Of a stretch of 49,851 nt of DNA, positions 1 to 9,389 are shown in pieces. The stretch is from a virus. Its lineage: Duplodnaviria; Caudoviricetes. The number at the start of each line of letters is the position of its first letter. Positions within the stretch are counted from its first letter, which is position 1. The DNA lies in IMG/VR virus record IMGVR_UViG_3300025875_000041, positions 1 to 49,851 of that record; one strand, written 5' to 3'. A model generated the notes under the pieces. The model had not been told where the DNA came from and ran no database searches. It saw only the letters and a list, made by a program, of their open reading frames with translations. Both the position numbers and the translations under genes were made by a program.

Positions 1-56
1 GCCAACGATCTCTCCCCGCCGTTTTTCCACCCCCGAACCGCACGAGAAGGGCACTC

Positions 57-389
57 ATGGCTGCCCAACGCTCTTCAACGGCTCTGCGGGCAGTCAAGCC
101 CGGCGAGAAGGCAGCCCCGCGGCCCCGCACGGCGAAGGCTGCTCCGAAAACGGTCACCCAGGCCGCCGCCGACGGCTCGACGCGGGAACTTCTCGTGGCG
201 CTGCGGGCCCGGGTCGCGACGTCGGTGCAGGACCCGACCACACCGGCCCGCGACCTCGCCGCCTTGACCCGCCGGCTGCAGGACATCGTCAAGGAGATCG
301 AGGCGATCGACCTGCGCGAGAAGCAGGACCTCGAGGCCAAGGCGAACGAGGCCGATATCGATGAGAGCTTCGACGCCTCGGCCGTCTAG
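57..389 (+). CDS. Terminase small subunit
   Basis: 110 aa helical protein directly upstream of TerL, with an ARDLAALTRRL segment typical of actinophage TerS. Confidence 0.75.
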   Translation: MAAQRSSTALRAVKPGEKAAPRPRTAKAAPKTVTQAAADGSTRELLVALRARVATSVQDPTTPARDLAALTRRLQDIVKEIEAIDLREKQDLEAKANEADIDESFDASAV

Positions 390-1851
390 CCCGCGGCTCA
401 GCGAGGTCGCCCGGCACGTCGTGATGCCCGACGGCATTGTGACGACGGGTTGGCCCAGGGTTGAGGCGAAGGGCGCCGAGCTCGGGATCGTCTATGACGA
501 CTGGCAGAAGGGCGCCGGTCGGATCGCGCTCGGCCGGCGCGACGACGGGAAGTACGCGGCGACGGTCGGCGGCGTTACCTGGAGCATCCCCCGCCAGGTC
601 GGAAAGACGTTCCTCGTCGGCTCGATGCTCCTCATCCTCTGCGCGTTGTTCCCCGGTCTGAAGGTGCTGTGGACGGCCCACCGGCTGCGGACGTCGACGA
701 TGACGTTCCAGTCGATGCAGGGCATGGCTCGGCGTAAGAAGATCGCTCCGCTGATCGCTCACATCCGCACGGCGAACGGTGAGCAGGAGATCGCGTTCCA
801 CAACGGCTCCCGGATCTTGTTCGGCGCGCGGGAGCAGGGATTCGGCCGCGGCTTCGACGAGATCGACATCGAGGTATTCGACGAGGCGCAGATCCTCACC
901 GAGAAGGCGCTCGAGGACATGGTTCCCGCAACCAACCAGGCCCGGCACCCGCACGGCGCCCTGCTGTTCTACATCGGGACTCCGCCGCGTCCGTCCGACC
1001 CCGGCGAGGTCTTCACGAACCGCCGCACGAAGGCGATCGGCGGGAAGACGCATGACGCGGCTTACCTCGAGTTCTCCGCCGATGAGGACGCCGAGTTGGA
1101 CGACCGCCGGCAGTGGGCGAAGGCGAACCCGTCGTACCCGAAACGCACCCCGCTGGAGTCGATGCTCCGCATGCGGGAGAACCTCGGCAGCGACGAGGCC
1201 TGGCGCCGCGAGGCCCTCGGCATCTGGGACCCGCTGACCTCCTCGACCGTGTTCGCTCCGGGTGCGTGGGAGAACTGCTCGTCCGACGAGACGTTCGGCG
1301 GACCGATCGGCGCGCTGGGCCTGGCTGTCAGCGTCGACAGCCGGCACGCTGCGGTCGTCGGAGCCGTCCAGCTCGGTGACCAGGTCGTCGTCAAGCCCCT
1401 GCGCTACGGCGCCGGGACAGCGTGGGTGGTCGACGAGCTGAAGGTCCTGCAGTCGCAGCACCGCGTGCCGGTCGTTGTCGACGGCAAGGGCCCGGCGAGC
1501 CCACTCCTGCCGCACTTGAAGCGTCGCGGCGTCCGGCACCACGTCGCGGTCCTCGAAGACGTCCTGAACGCGTGCGCGCAGATCGACACGCTCGTCACCG
1601 AACGTCGCCTGGAGCACGGGCACTATCCCGAGCTCGACGCTGCGGTCGCCGGCGCCGTGAAGCGGCCGGTGATCGACCGGTGGGCGTGGGGGCGGCGCAA
1701 GTCCGTTGTCGACGTCTCGCCGCTCGAGGCGGCGTCGCTCGCCGCATGGTGGGCGTCCCGGCCAAAGCAGGCCGCACCACCACCACCGCTGCCGCAGGCC
1801 ATCGAGGCCAGCGATGCACCCCAACACGAGCTGGCCACGGCCGGCTTCTGA
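361..1851 (+). CDS. Terminase large subunit
   Basis: Walker A-like IPRQVGKT, Walker B IEVFDEAQ, coupling motif GTPP, WAKANPS, C-terminal nuclease region; exact start uncertain. Confidence 0.93.
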   Translation: MRASTPRPSSPRLSEVARHVVMPDGIVTTGWPRVEAKGAELGIVYDDWQKGAGRIALGRRDDGKYAATVGGVTWSIPRQVGKTFLVGSMLLILCALFPGLKVLWTAHRLRTSTMTFQSMQGMARRKKIAPLIAHIRTANGEQEIAFHNGSRILFGAREQGFGRGFDEIDIEVFDEAQILTEKALEDMVPATNQARHPHGALLFYIGTPPRPSDPGEVFTNRRTKAIGGKTHDAAYLEFSADEDAELDDRRQWAKANPSYPKRTPLESMLRMRENLGSDEAWRREALGIWDPLTSSTVFAPGAWENCSSDETFGGPIGALGLAVSVDSRHAAVVGAVQLGDQVVVKPLRYGAGTAWVVDELKVLQSQHRVPVVVDGKGPASPLLPHLKRRGVRHHVAVLEDVLNACAQIDTLVTERRLEHGHYPELDAAVAGAVKRPVIDRWAWGRRKSVVDVSPLEAASLAAWWASRPKQAAPPPPLPQAIEASDAPQHELATAGF

Positions 1852-1876
1852 CCCCAGTCGACGAGGGAGGACGCAC

Positions 1877-3157
1877 ATGTCGGTCCCCGTCGCGGAGCAG
1901 GGCTACGCCAGCGGCACCTCGTGGTGGAGCGCGATCGCCGAGGAGGAGACCCCGGAGGTCGCCTGGCCGAAATCGATCGGCGTGTTCGACCGGATGCGGA
2001 AGGACGCGCAGGTCATCTCGGTTTCCCGCGCGGTCACCTTCCCCATCCGCCGCACGACGTGGCGGGTCGACCGGGGTGCCGCCCGCCCCGAGGTCGCTGA
2101 GTACGTCGCCGACGAGCTCGGCCTGGACGTCGCCGGGCAGGCCCCGCGAGTGCCGGCGCGGACGCGGGACCGCTTCTCGTGGGCCGAGCACCTGCGCCTG
2201 GCGCTGCTGATGCTCCCGTACGGCCACAGCTACTTTGAGCAGACGTACCGCCCGGACTTGGCGACCGGCCAGTACCACCTCCGCAAGCTGGGATGGCGTC
2301 CGCCGAAGACGATCGACCGCGTCGAGGTCGCCGCCGACGGCGGTCTGATCGGGATCCACCAGGCCGGCATGAAGCAAGCCGACCTGATCACGGTCGACCG
2401 GCTCGTGGCCTACGTCAACGACCGCGAGGGCGGGAACTGGCTGGGCCAGTCCCTGCTGCGGCCGGCGTACGCCCCCTGGCTGATCAAGAGCCCCGCGTGG
2501 CGGACCTGGGCCATGACGGTCGACCGGAACGGCCTCGGCGTGCCGATCTACCAGGGCGCTCCCACCCCGGAAGGGCTCGAGGGCGAGGACGAGATCCAGA
2601 AGTGGCACGCAGAGGAGAAGGCCGCCGGCCTCGCCCTGGCCACGCAGTACCGCGGCGGTGCGAATGCCGGCGCGTACGTCCCGAACGGTGCCTCCCTCGC
2701 CCTCAAGGGCGTCGACGGCAAGCTGCCCGACTCCGACCCCCTCGTGCGCTACTGCGACGAGCAGATCGCCCGCGCGGTCCTCGCCAACTTTCTCTCCCTC
2801 GGCGGCGACAACTCGACCGGCTCCTACGCCCTCGGCGACACCTTCGCCGAGTTCTTCGTCCAGAGCCTCCAGACGATCGCCATGCAGATCGCCGATGTCG
2901 CCACCCAGCACATCGTCGAGGACCTGGTCGACCTGAACTTCGGCCAGGACGAGCCCGCACCTCGGATTGTCTTCGACGAGATCGGTGCCACGCACGCCAT
3001 CGACGGCAACACCGTGCAGGCCCTCGTCCAGGCCGGAGTGCTGTCGCCCGACGAACCGCTCGAGCAGCACATGCGGACCATCTACCGCCTGCCCGCCGCC
3101 GACGTCGCCACCCGGCGCGTGAAGCCCGGGCCAGCACCAGCACAGGAGGCCGCGTGA
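1877..3157 (+). CDS. Portal protein (DUF935-like)
   Basis: Follows TerL; GGAGG RBS before ATG 1877; YGHSYFEQ, GQSLLRPAY, GSYALG and P-R-I-V-F motifs. Confidence 0.88.
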   Translation: MSVPVAEQGYASGTSWWSAIAEEETPEVAWPKSIGVFDRMRKDAQVISVSRAVTFPIRRTTWRVDRGAARPEVAEYVADELGLDVAGQAPRVPARTRDRFSWAEHLRLALLMLPYGHSYFEQTYRPDLATGQYHLRKLGWRPPKTIDRVEVAADGGLIGIHQAGMKQADLITVDRLVAYVNDREGGNWLGQSLLRPAYAPWLIKSPAWRTWAMTVDRNGLGVPIYQGAPTPEGLEGEDEIQKWHAEEKAAGLALATQYRGGANAGAYVPNGASLALKGVDGKLPDSDPLVRYCDEQIARAVLANFLSLGGDNSTGSYALGDTFAEFFVQSLQTIAMQIADVATQHIVEDLVDLNFGQDEPAPRIVFDEIGATHAIDGNTVQALVQAGVLSPDEPLEQHMRTIYRLPAADVATRRVKPGPAPAQEAA

Positions 3158-4386
3158 AGACCCACAAGACGCCGGAGGCGCTGGCCCGCGAGGCTCAGCG
3201 CGCGCTGTTCGCGAAGGAGCCCGACGGCCGCTACGAGCTCGCGGTCACGGCGAAGGCTGATGGTTCGTCGAAGGGCCGCGTGCAGATCTACGGCGTCATC
3301 GGCGACTGGTGGGACGGCCTCGACGCGGCGACCCTCGCTGCCCAGATCAGCGCCATGGACGCGGACGAGATCGAGGTCCACCTCAACTCCCCGGGCGGCA
3401 TCGCGTCCGACGGCATCGCCGTCTACAACGCCCTCAAGCAGCACGACGCGAGCGTGCACATCGTGATCGACGGCCTGGCCGCTTCCGCCGCCTCGGCCAT
3501 CGCGATGGCTGGTGACAAGGTCACGATGGGCGTCGGCGCCCAGCTGATGATCCACGACGCCAGCGGGCTGTGCTTCGGCCAAGCGTCGGACATGCTCAAG
3601 ACCGCCGAGATGCTGGACAGCTTCTCCAACTCGTACGCCGACGTGTATGCCGACCACGCTGGCGGCACGCGTGCCGACTGGCGTGAGCGAATGCTCGCCG
3701 AGACCTGGTACACCGCCGACGAAGCGGTCGAAGCCGGTCTCGCGCACGCGGTCGAGAAGACCGTGAAGGCCGACGAGGCGAAGAACGCGACCAGCGCGTT
3801 CGACCTGTCGATCTTCGCCTACGCGGGCCGCGACAGCGCCCCCGCACCCCACAAGCCTCCGGCGCGGCCGGCGGAACCCACCACCCAGATGGAAGGAGTC
3901 GCCGTGAGCGACACCCTCAGCAAGGGTCTGCGTGAGCGGCTCGGCATCCCCGCCGAGGCCCAGCTCGACGAGGCGGGCCTCCTGGCCGCCGTCGACGAGG
4001 CGCTCACCGAGCAGGCCGAGCCCACCACCGCGACGCTGCCGACCGGCGTCGTCGCGATCGACCGGACCCAGCTCGACGCCCTGCAGGCCGACGCCGCGCA
4101 GGGTCGGGCCGCCCGGCAGGAGCAGCTGGCCAGCGCCCGCGAGGCCAAGATCACCGCCGCCATCACCGACGGCCGGATCACCCTGGCGAGCGCGCCGCAG
4201 TACCGCGCGCTGCTCGAGCAGGACGACAAGCAGGGCAGCACGACCGGTGGCGACCTGCTCGCGAGCCTCGCCAAGAACACCGTGCCCGTCCAGGCCAAGG
4301 GGTTCACCGGCGGTGTCGACGAGGTCACCGACGACGACCAGGTCTACGCCAAGGTCTGGGGCCCCACCGAGAAGAAGGAGGCCTGA
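3154..4386 (+). CDS. ClpP-type capsid maturation protease with C-terminal scaffold region
   Basis: GTGA overlap with portal stop; LNSPGG, DGLAASAAS, MIH, ETWYTADEAVEAGLA ClpP motifs; helical Ala/Glu-rich C-terminus. Confidence 0.9.
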   Translation: MKTHKTPEALAREAQRALFAKEPDGRYELAVTAKADGSSKGRVQIYGVIGDWWDGLDAATLAAQISAMDADEIEVHLNSPGGIASDGIAVYNALKQHDASVHIVIDGLAASAASAIAMAGDKVTMGVGAQLMIHDASGLCFGQASDMLKTAEMLDSFSNSYADVYADHAGGTRADWRERMLAETWYTADEAVEAGLAHAVEKTVKADEAKNATSAFDLSIFAYAGRDSAPAPHKPPARPAEPTTQMEGVAVSDTLSKGLRERLGIPAEAQLDEAGLLAAVDEALTEQAEPTTATLPTGVVAIDRTQLDALQADAAQGRAARQEQLASAREAKITAAITDGRITLASAPQYRALLEQDDKQGSTTGGDLLASLAKNTVPVQAKGFTGGVDEVTDDDQVYAKVWGPTEKKEA

Positions 4387-4389
4387 GTC

Positions 4390-4746
4390 ATGGGCGACTA
4401 CTCCCCGAAGTTCAAGCCCGGCCAGGACATCACCCTGACCGCCTCCGGGCCCATCACCGGCGGCCAGCTGGTCGCGGTGTCCGGCGTCAACACGGCCGCC
4501 CCCACCGGTGGCTCCGTCCCCAACTGGCTCGGCGTCGCCCGGCAGGACGCGGCCACCGGCGACAAGGTCGTCATCGTCCGCGGCGGCGTGCAGAAGCTCG
4601 TCGCCTCCGGCGCCGTCACCGCCGGTGACCGCGTCATCCCCGCCACCGCCGGGAAGGTCGCCACCAGCACGGCGGCCAACACCGTCGGCACGGCCCTGAC
4701 CACCGCCGTCGACGGGGCCATCGTCCTCGTCGCGATGGACCGCTGA
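4390..4746 (+). CDS. Capsid decoration/cement protein (DUF2190-like)
   Basis: 118 aa Gly/Ala/Val-rich beta protein between protease and capsid; GVARQDAATG, G-ALT motifs. Confidence 0.7.
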   Translation: MGDYSPKFKPGQDITLTASGPITGGQLVAVSGVNTAAPTGGSVPNWLGVARQDAATGDKVVIVRGGVQKLVASGAVTAGDRVIPATAGKVATSTAANTVGTALTTAVDGAIVLVAMDR

Positions 4747-4756
4747 GGAGCGCGAC

Positions 4757-5680
4757 ATGGCGTACACGTACCCGCCCGCCGGGCCCACGCTGAGCAGCGA
4801 CCTGACCGCTGCCCAGGTGCACTACCTGCTCAAGAGCCCGGGCCTCATCGCCCGCCGCGTCCGCGAGCTGTCCCTCTACCGCTACATCGCGGACTTCCTG
4901 CTGACCGCCCGCTACACGGCGGTCGGCGGCGCGATCCTCTACCCCAACGGGGAGTCGCTGTTCACCAACGACGACCCCGAGGCCATCGGCCCGCTCGGTG
5001 AGTACCCGCTCACGACCCTCGACGCCGGCACCCTCGCCATGGCGAAGACCGTCAAGTGGGGCCGCGACGTGGAGGTCTCCGACGAGGCCATCACCCGCAT
5101 GCTCGCCGACCCGCTGAACCGGGCGCTGACCAAGCTCGTGAACACCAACGTCCGGTTCGTCGACTCGGTCGCGCTCGGCGTCATCGCGTCGAAGATCACC
5201 GCGACCAAGGCAGCCGGCGCCGCCTGGACCACCGGCAACCAGATCATCTCCGACGTCCTGCTCGCCAAGGCGTCGACCGAGGAGCTGGAGGACGGCTTCG
5301 ACCTCGACACCGTGGTGCTGCGTCCGACGCAGTACGCCAAGGTGATGGCGGCGCTGATCGCGCAGAACCTGCTCCCGCGGGAGAACGGCGACGTCATCAG
5401 CACGGGCGACTTCCCGAACGTGCTCGGCCTGACATGGACGTCGTCCATGCACTCGCCGGTCACCGACCCGCTGCTCGTCGACCGGCAGCAGCTCGGCGGC
5501 ATGGCCGACGAGCAGATCGAGTCGCCCGGGTACGCCCGCGGGGCCGACGGCACCAGCGTCGAGGTCAAGTCGATCCGCGAGGACCACCGCGACGGCTACC
5601 GGGTCCGCGCCCGCCGGGTCACCGTGCCCGTCGTCGTCGAGCCCAACGCCGGCCTGCGCATCACCGGGACGGGGATCTGA
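4757..5680 (+). CDS. Major capsid protein
   Basis: 307 aa; GAGGAG RBS; GEYP, KWG, SDEAI motifs; position. Confidence 0.88.
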   Translation: MAYTYPPAGPTLSSDLTAAQVHYLLKSPGLIARRVRELSLYRYIADFLLTARYTAVGGAILYPNGESLFTNDDPEAIGPLGEYPLTTLDAGTLAMAKTVKWGRDVEVSDEAITRMLADPLNRALTKLVNTNVRFVDSVALGVIASKITATKAAGAAWTTGNQIISDVLLAKASTEELEDGFDLDTVVLRPTQYAKVMAALIAQNLLPRENGDVISTGDFPNVLGLTWTSSMHSPVTDPLLVDRQQLGGMADEQIESPGYARGADGTSVEVKSIREDHRDGYRVRARRVTVPVVVEPNAGLRITGTGI

Positions 5681-5949
5681 TGGCGCACGTGGTCACCGCT
5701 GCGGGCCTCGTGGCGAAGATGCAGAACGACACCGGTGAGGGGTACCTGTACCGCGGGGACGTCGTCCCGGCCGCCGTGTCGAAGACCGAGGTCAAGCGGC
5801 TGCTCGACCTCGGCCTGATCAAGGAGGCGGAGGTCGTGCTCGTCGAGGTCGTCGAGCCGGCCGTCGCCGTGGTCGATCCGGCCACCGATGCGAGCGAGCC
5901 CGCGGCCGAGCCGGAGCCCACTCCGGCCCGCAAAACCCGCTCCGCCTGA
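5680..5949 (+). CDS. Small head-associated protein
   Basis: TGATG overlap with capsid stop; RLLDLGLI motif plus low-complexity tail. Confidence 0.65.
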   Translation: MAHVVTAAGLVAKMQNDTGEGYLYRGDVVPAAVSKTEVKRLLDLGLIKEAEVVLVEVVEPAVAVVDPATDASEPAAEPEPTPARKTRSA

Positions 5950-5968
5950 TCCAGGAAGGGGTGCGCCA

Positions 5969-6361
5969 GTGTTCGCCACGACAGCTGACCTGACCGGCCG
6001 CTGGCGCACCCTCACCAACGCGGAGACGACGAAGGCTGACCTGTTCCTCGCCGATGTCGAGCGGGACCTGGTTCGGGCCTACCCGGACCTGCCGACCCGC
6101 GCGGCCGCGGACGTCGACTTCACCGCCGAGCTCACGCGGATCACATGCAACGTGGTGCGCCGGCGCATGACCGGCGAGGAGTTCGAGGGCCTCGAGTCGA
6201 ACTCCGAGACGCAAGGTCCGTATGGGCGCACTCGGCGCTTCCGTGACCAGGGCGACGACCTCGAGGTCACCGCCTACGAGCGGCGCATCCTCGCCGGCGC
6301 CGTCCATGCGCCATCGGCAACCGGCAGCCCCACCACTGCGGCCTGGAGCAACGAGCCGTGA
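5969..6361 (+). CDS. Head-to-tail adaptor
   Basis: FAT-ADL--RW N-terminus and ETQGPY motif; RBS GGAAGGGG. Confidence 0.8.
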   Translation: MFATTADLTGRWRTLTNAETTKADLFLADVERDLVRAYPDLPTRAAADVDFTAELTRITCNVVRRRMTGEEFEGLESNSETQGPYGRTRRFRDQGDDLEVTAYERRILAGAVHAPSATGSPTTAAWSNEP

Positions 6362-6678
6362 GGACGTTCGCCGTCCAGGTCCGCACCAAGCAGACCGAGC
6401 GGTGGGGCGAGAGCACCACCGGGCCCCGGCGCACGGTCGAGGGATGCACCCGCTGGCCGCGCGGCAGCGAGGAGACCACCGACCGGGCGAACGTGGTCAC
6501 TACCGGCTGGATGCTGTCCGCGCCGGTCGACTCCGGGATCACCGCCTCCGACGAGGTGCAGATGCCCGACGACCCCACTTGGTGGCAGGTCGTCGGCGAC
6601 CCGCAGCCGTACGCCGACTCCCCGTTCAGCGACTGGAAGCCCGGCACTCCGATCGCGCTGACCCGGACGAAGGGCTGA
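6358..6678 (+). CDS. Head-to-tail stopper
   Basis: GTGA overlap; WQVVGDP motif; position. Confidence 0.75.
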   Translation: MRTFAVQVRTKQTERWGESTTGPRRTVEGCTRWPRGSEETTDRANVVTTGWMLSAPVDSGITASDEVQMPDDPTWWQVVGDPQPYADSPFSDWKPGTPIALTRTKG

Positions 6679-6680
6679 CC

Positions 6681-6977
6681 ATGGGCGACCACCGCAAGCT
6701 CATCGCCCAGCTCGCTGGCTCACCGTCGGTCGCCGCCGGCAGCCGCGCCGTCGCGGAGAAGGTCCAGGCCGCGGCCGAGCGGATCGACTCGCAGGGCGAC
6801 TTCAAGGTCGAGGACACCTGGCTCGTCGTGAACGGCTTGCGCCGGCGGGTGTCGGTCGTGCGTAACACCGCTGAGGACGCCGCCCGCGTCGAGTTCGGCC
6901 GCCAGTCTGGCCGCGACGGCTCGGACGGCCGCGGTGGTCTGCGTCCCCTCGGCCGTGCCGCACGTCTGGTCGGCTGA
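6681..6977 (+). CDS. Neck/tail completion protein (HK97 gp10-like)
   Basis: A-RVEFG ... RPLGRAA motif; position. Confidence 0.65.
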   Translation: MGDHRKLIAQLAGSPSVAAGSRAVAEKVQAAAERIDSQGDFKVEDTWLVVNGLRRRVSVVRNTAEDAARVEFGRQSGRDGSDGRGGLRPLGRAARLVG

Positions 6978-6979
6978 CC

Positions 6980-7399
6980 GTGCCCATCCTCGGCGGCAGC
7001 ACTCCTGCCGACGTTGACCTGTTCCCCGACGTCGAGAAGGCCATCGGTGAGGCGTTACGCGCAGCTGTCGGCATTCCTACCGGCCACGCCGACAGCCACA
7101 CTCCCGACAACCTCGAGGCGGTCCTGCCGTTCCTTCAGGTCGTCCGGTACGGCGGGGGTGACGACTGGGTCACCGACCAGGCTGCGGTCGACGTCGACTT
7201 CTTCGCCGCCACACGGGACCAGGCCCTCAACCTCGCTCGCCTTGGGCACCAGGCCCTCATCGCTGGCCGACTGTCGTACGGCGGCACCCTGATCGACCTC
7301 GTGCAGACGTCGGTAGGCGTCGTCGAGCGTCCCCGAGAGGGCAACGTCCGCCGCTTCGGCGGCTCCTACACGGTCAGCGCCCGCCGCGTGCGGGCCTGA
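6980..7399 (+). CDS. Tail terminator
   Basis: FPDVE, LPFLQVVRYGG, VDVDFFA motifs; precedes major tail gene. Confidence 0.8.
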   Translation: MPILGGSTPADVDLFPDVEKAIGEALRAAVGIPTGHADSHTPDNLEAVLPFLQVVRYGGGDDWVTDQAAVDVDFFAATRDQALNLARLGHQALIAGRLSYGGTLIDLVQTSVGVVERPREGNVRRFGGSYTVSARRVRA

Positions 7400-7472
7400 C
7401 CGCTCACCGCGTCACTCCACCCGCCCCGCGCTCGTCGGGGAACCGCCACTCCCCGACCCAGGAAAGGTCACC

Positions 7473-8138
7473 ATGCCCAACTTTGCAGGGCTCGCCGCGA
7501 AGAAGTCCGAGCTGATCCGCAAGGCGCTCGGCATGTCGCTGTTCCTCACAGAGGACCAGACGACGGCCAGCATCATCACCAACCTCACCGACCCGGCCAC
7601 TGGCGCCCTGCTGCCCCTGCCGACGGGCGGCGGGTACGTCGACTGTGGCTGGTTCACCGACGAGGGCCTGCGGTTCACGCGCGCCGTCGAGCAGGACGAG
7701 GTGACCTCCGCCGGCTCGAGCACGCCGACCCGCACCGACATCACGTCCGACACCGACACCCTGCAGGTCGACCTGCAGGAGACGAACCGGATGTCGATCG
7801 CGCTCGGCACGGGTGCGGCGAAGTCCGGCCTGGTCCTCACCACCGGCTCGAAGGAGCTGAAGCTCGACAAGCCGACGACCTCGGCGCCTCGCCGCTACCG
7901 CGGCCTCGCGCTCGCAGTCGATGGCCCGCCGGAGGCGGAGATCTACTTCGGCGAATGGTTCCCGCGTCTCGCGGTCACCGACTACGCCGACAGGGCGTTC
8001 GCGAAGGGCGCGGAGTACCGGATTGGCGTCACGTTCCGTGGCGAGGTCGACAGCACCCTCGGCACCGCGAAGCGCTCCTTCTGGGGCGGCCCGGGCTGGC
8101 AGAACCTGCTCGACGAGATGGGTTTCCCGACCACCTAA
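7473..8138 (+). CDS. Major tail (tube) protein
   Basis: 221 aa; GWFTDEG, P-RTDI, LQETN motifs; position. Confidence 0.85.
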   Translation: MPNFAGLAAKKSELIRKALGMSLFLTEDQTTASIITNLTDPATGALLPLPTGGGYVDCGWFTDEGLRFTRAVEQDEVTSAGSSTPTRTDITSDTDTLQVDLQETNRMSIALGTGAAKSGLVLTTGSKELKLDKPTTSAPRRYRGLALAVDGPPEAEIYFGEWFPRLAVTDYADRAFAKGAEYRIGVTFRGEVDSTLGTAKRSFWGGPGWQNLLDEMGFPTT

Positions 8139-8143
8139 CGGTT

Positions 8144-8187
8144 GTCCGGCGGCGACCACCCAGGGGTGGCCTGGTCGCCGTCCGGAC
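8144..8187 (+). terminator. GC-rich stem-loop just after the major tail gene
   Basis: GTCCGGCGGCGACCA pairs with TGGTCGCCGTCCGGAC with one bulge; no U-tract, so may be a stability or pause element. Confidence 0.5.
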
Positions 8188-8227
8188 TCCACCGGCCTAC
8201 CCCGCACCAGCAGCAGAGGAGCAGATC

Positions 8228-8395
8228 GTGGCGAAGAGCAAGGCAGAGGGCTTCGGCGTGTTCAAGAAGGACGACCAGCAGGTCGTCGCCTGGAGCATCG
8301 ACGAGGCCGTGCGCTACCGGTTCGACGGCTGGGAGGAAGTCGCCCCGGCGCTCCCAGAGAACCAGCCCGAGGCCGACGCAGACGCGTCCGCCTGA
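8228..8395 (+). CDS. Small hypothetical tail-region protein
   Basis: GAGGAG RBS then GTG 8228; 55 aa. Confidence 0.65.
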   Translation: MAKSKAEGFGVFKKDDQQVVAWSIDEAVRYRFDGWEEVAPALPENQPEADADASA

Positions 8396-8419
8396 CCCCA
8401 GCACAGAAGGGCCCACCCC

Positions 8420-8632
8420 ATGGATGTCCCGATCACCAAGGTCGAACTCATCGACTCCACCTCGGACGCTCCGGCGCACCGTACGAGCCGGGTGCTCATC
8501 AACGACGTCGCGGTGCTGATCGCCAAGGACGGCGTCGAGCTCGAGATGGTGAGCGGCTCACCAGTCGTGACGCTGCGACTGCTGCCCGCCACCTTGATCT
8601 TCAGCCACGCCGCACAGGAGCCCACCCCATGA
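8420..8632 (+). CDS. Hypothetical protein
   Basis: 70 aa; ATGA overlap with the next gene. Confidence 0.6.
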   Translation: MDVPITKVELIDSTSDAPAHRTSRVLINDVAVLIAKDGVELEMVSGSPVVTLRLLPATLIFSHAAQEPTP

Positions 8633-8967
8633 GCACGAGCACCACCAAGCACACCGCCGGCCTGGACCTCGACACCCTCGAGGACGACGGCCAGATCCGC
8701 CCGCCGTACGACTTCACCTTCGCCGGCCGCACGTGGACCGCGTACGACCCGGACCGGGTCGACTGGACGGTCATCGCCGCGCTCGACAGCGACGACGCCC
8801 GCGAGGTGCTGCAGGTCTACCTCGAGCCGGACGACTACGCCGAGTTCGCACAGCTCAAGCCGGCGCCGCCGAAGTGGAAGGTGCAGCGGCTCCTGGTCGC
8901 GCTCAACCGGCACTTCTACGGGGCGGAGAAGCCCGCGGGGGAATCGCCCGCCTTGCCCGCCTCCTAG
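8629..8967 (+). CDS. Tail assembly chaperone (short form)
   Basis: AGGAG RBS; position before tape measure; slippery G GGG GAA at 8937-8943. Confidence 0.85.
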   Translation: MSTSTTKHTAGLDLDTLEDDGQIRPPYDFTFAGRTWTAYDPDRVDWTVIAALDSDDAREVLQVYLEPDDYAEFAQLKPAPPKWKVQRLLVALNRHFYGAEKPAGESPALPAS

Positions 8968-9389
8968 AGAGGTACGGCAAGGCGATCCAGTACGACCTCC
9001 TCGGCAGGCTCGACGTCGCCGAGGCCTGGCGCCGGCGCCGCTTCCGGTTCCTGCTCGACATGATCGAGCAGCTGCCGGCGCACTCGCGGTACGCAGAGGC
9101 CGTTGCCGATGACGACGAGCTGGCCCGCGCCAGCCTGCATGACGAGGAGCGCGCTCCGCGTCCGCCGCGGCTGTCGTCGTGGGATCCCGTGGTCGCCGAG
9201 CTCCGCGTCACGAACGAGCGGATCGGCGCCCTGATCCAGTACGTCGCCGTGCTGTCGAAGAACTCCTACGACCCGCCCGCGCTGCCACGACCTGAGACAG
9301 CGTTCGACCGCGCCCGCCACGACTTCGCCGTCGAGCGGCACGCCCGCATCGGCCTGCAGCTGGTGCCACCCACCGACGAGGAGGCCTGA
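8629..9389 (+). CDS. Tail assembly chaperone, long form via -1 frameshift
   Basis: G GGG GAA (8937-8943) shifts -1 into the open frame GGIARLARLL..., which stops at 9389 overlapping the tape measure ATG. Confidence 0.85.

Noticed and set aside
2020-2029. Third GGTTTCCCG copy, in the portal gene
   Set aside because: Read as GTT TCC CGC in mid-gene, a frame that does not allow the slip; it also shows the motif can arise by chance
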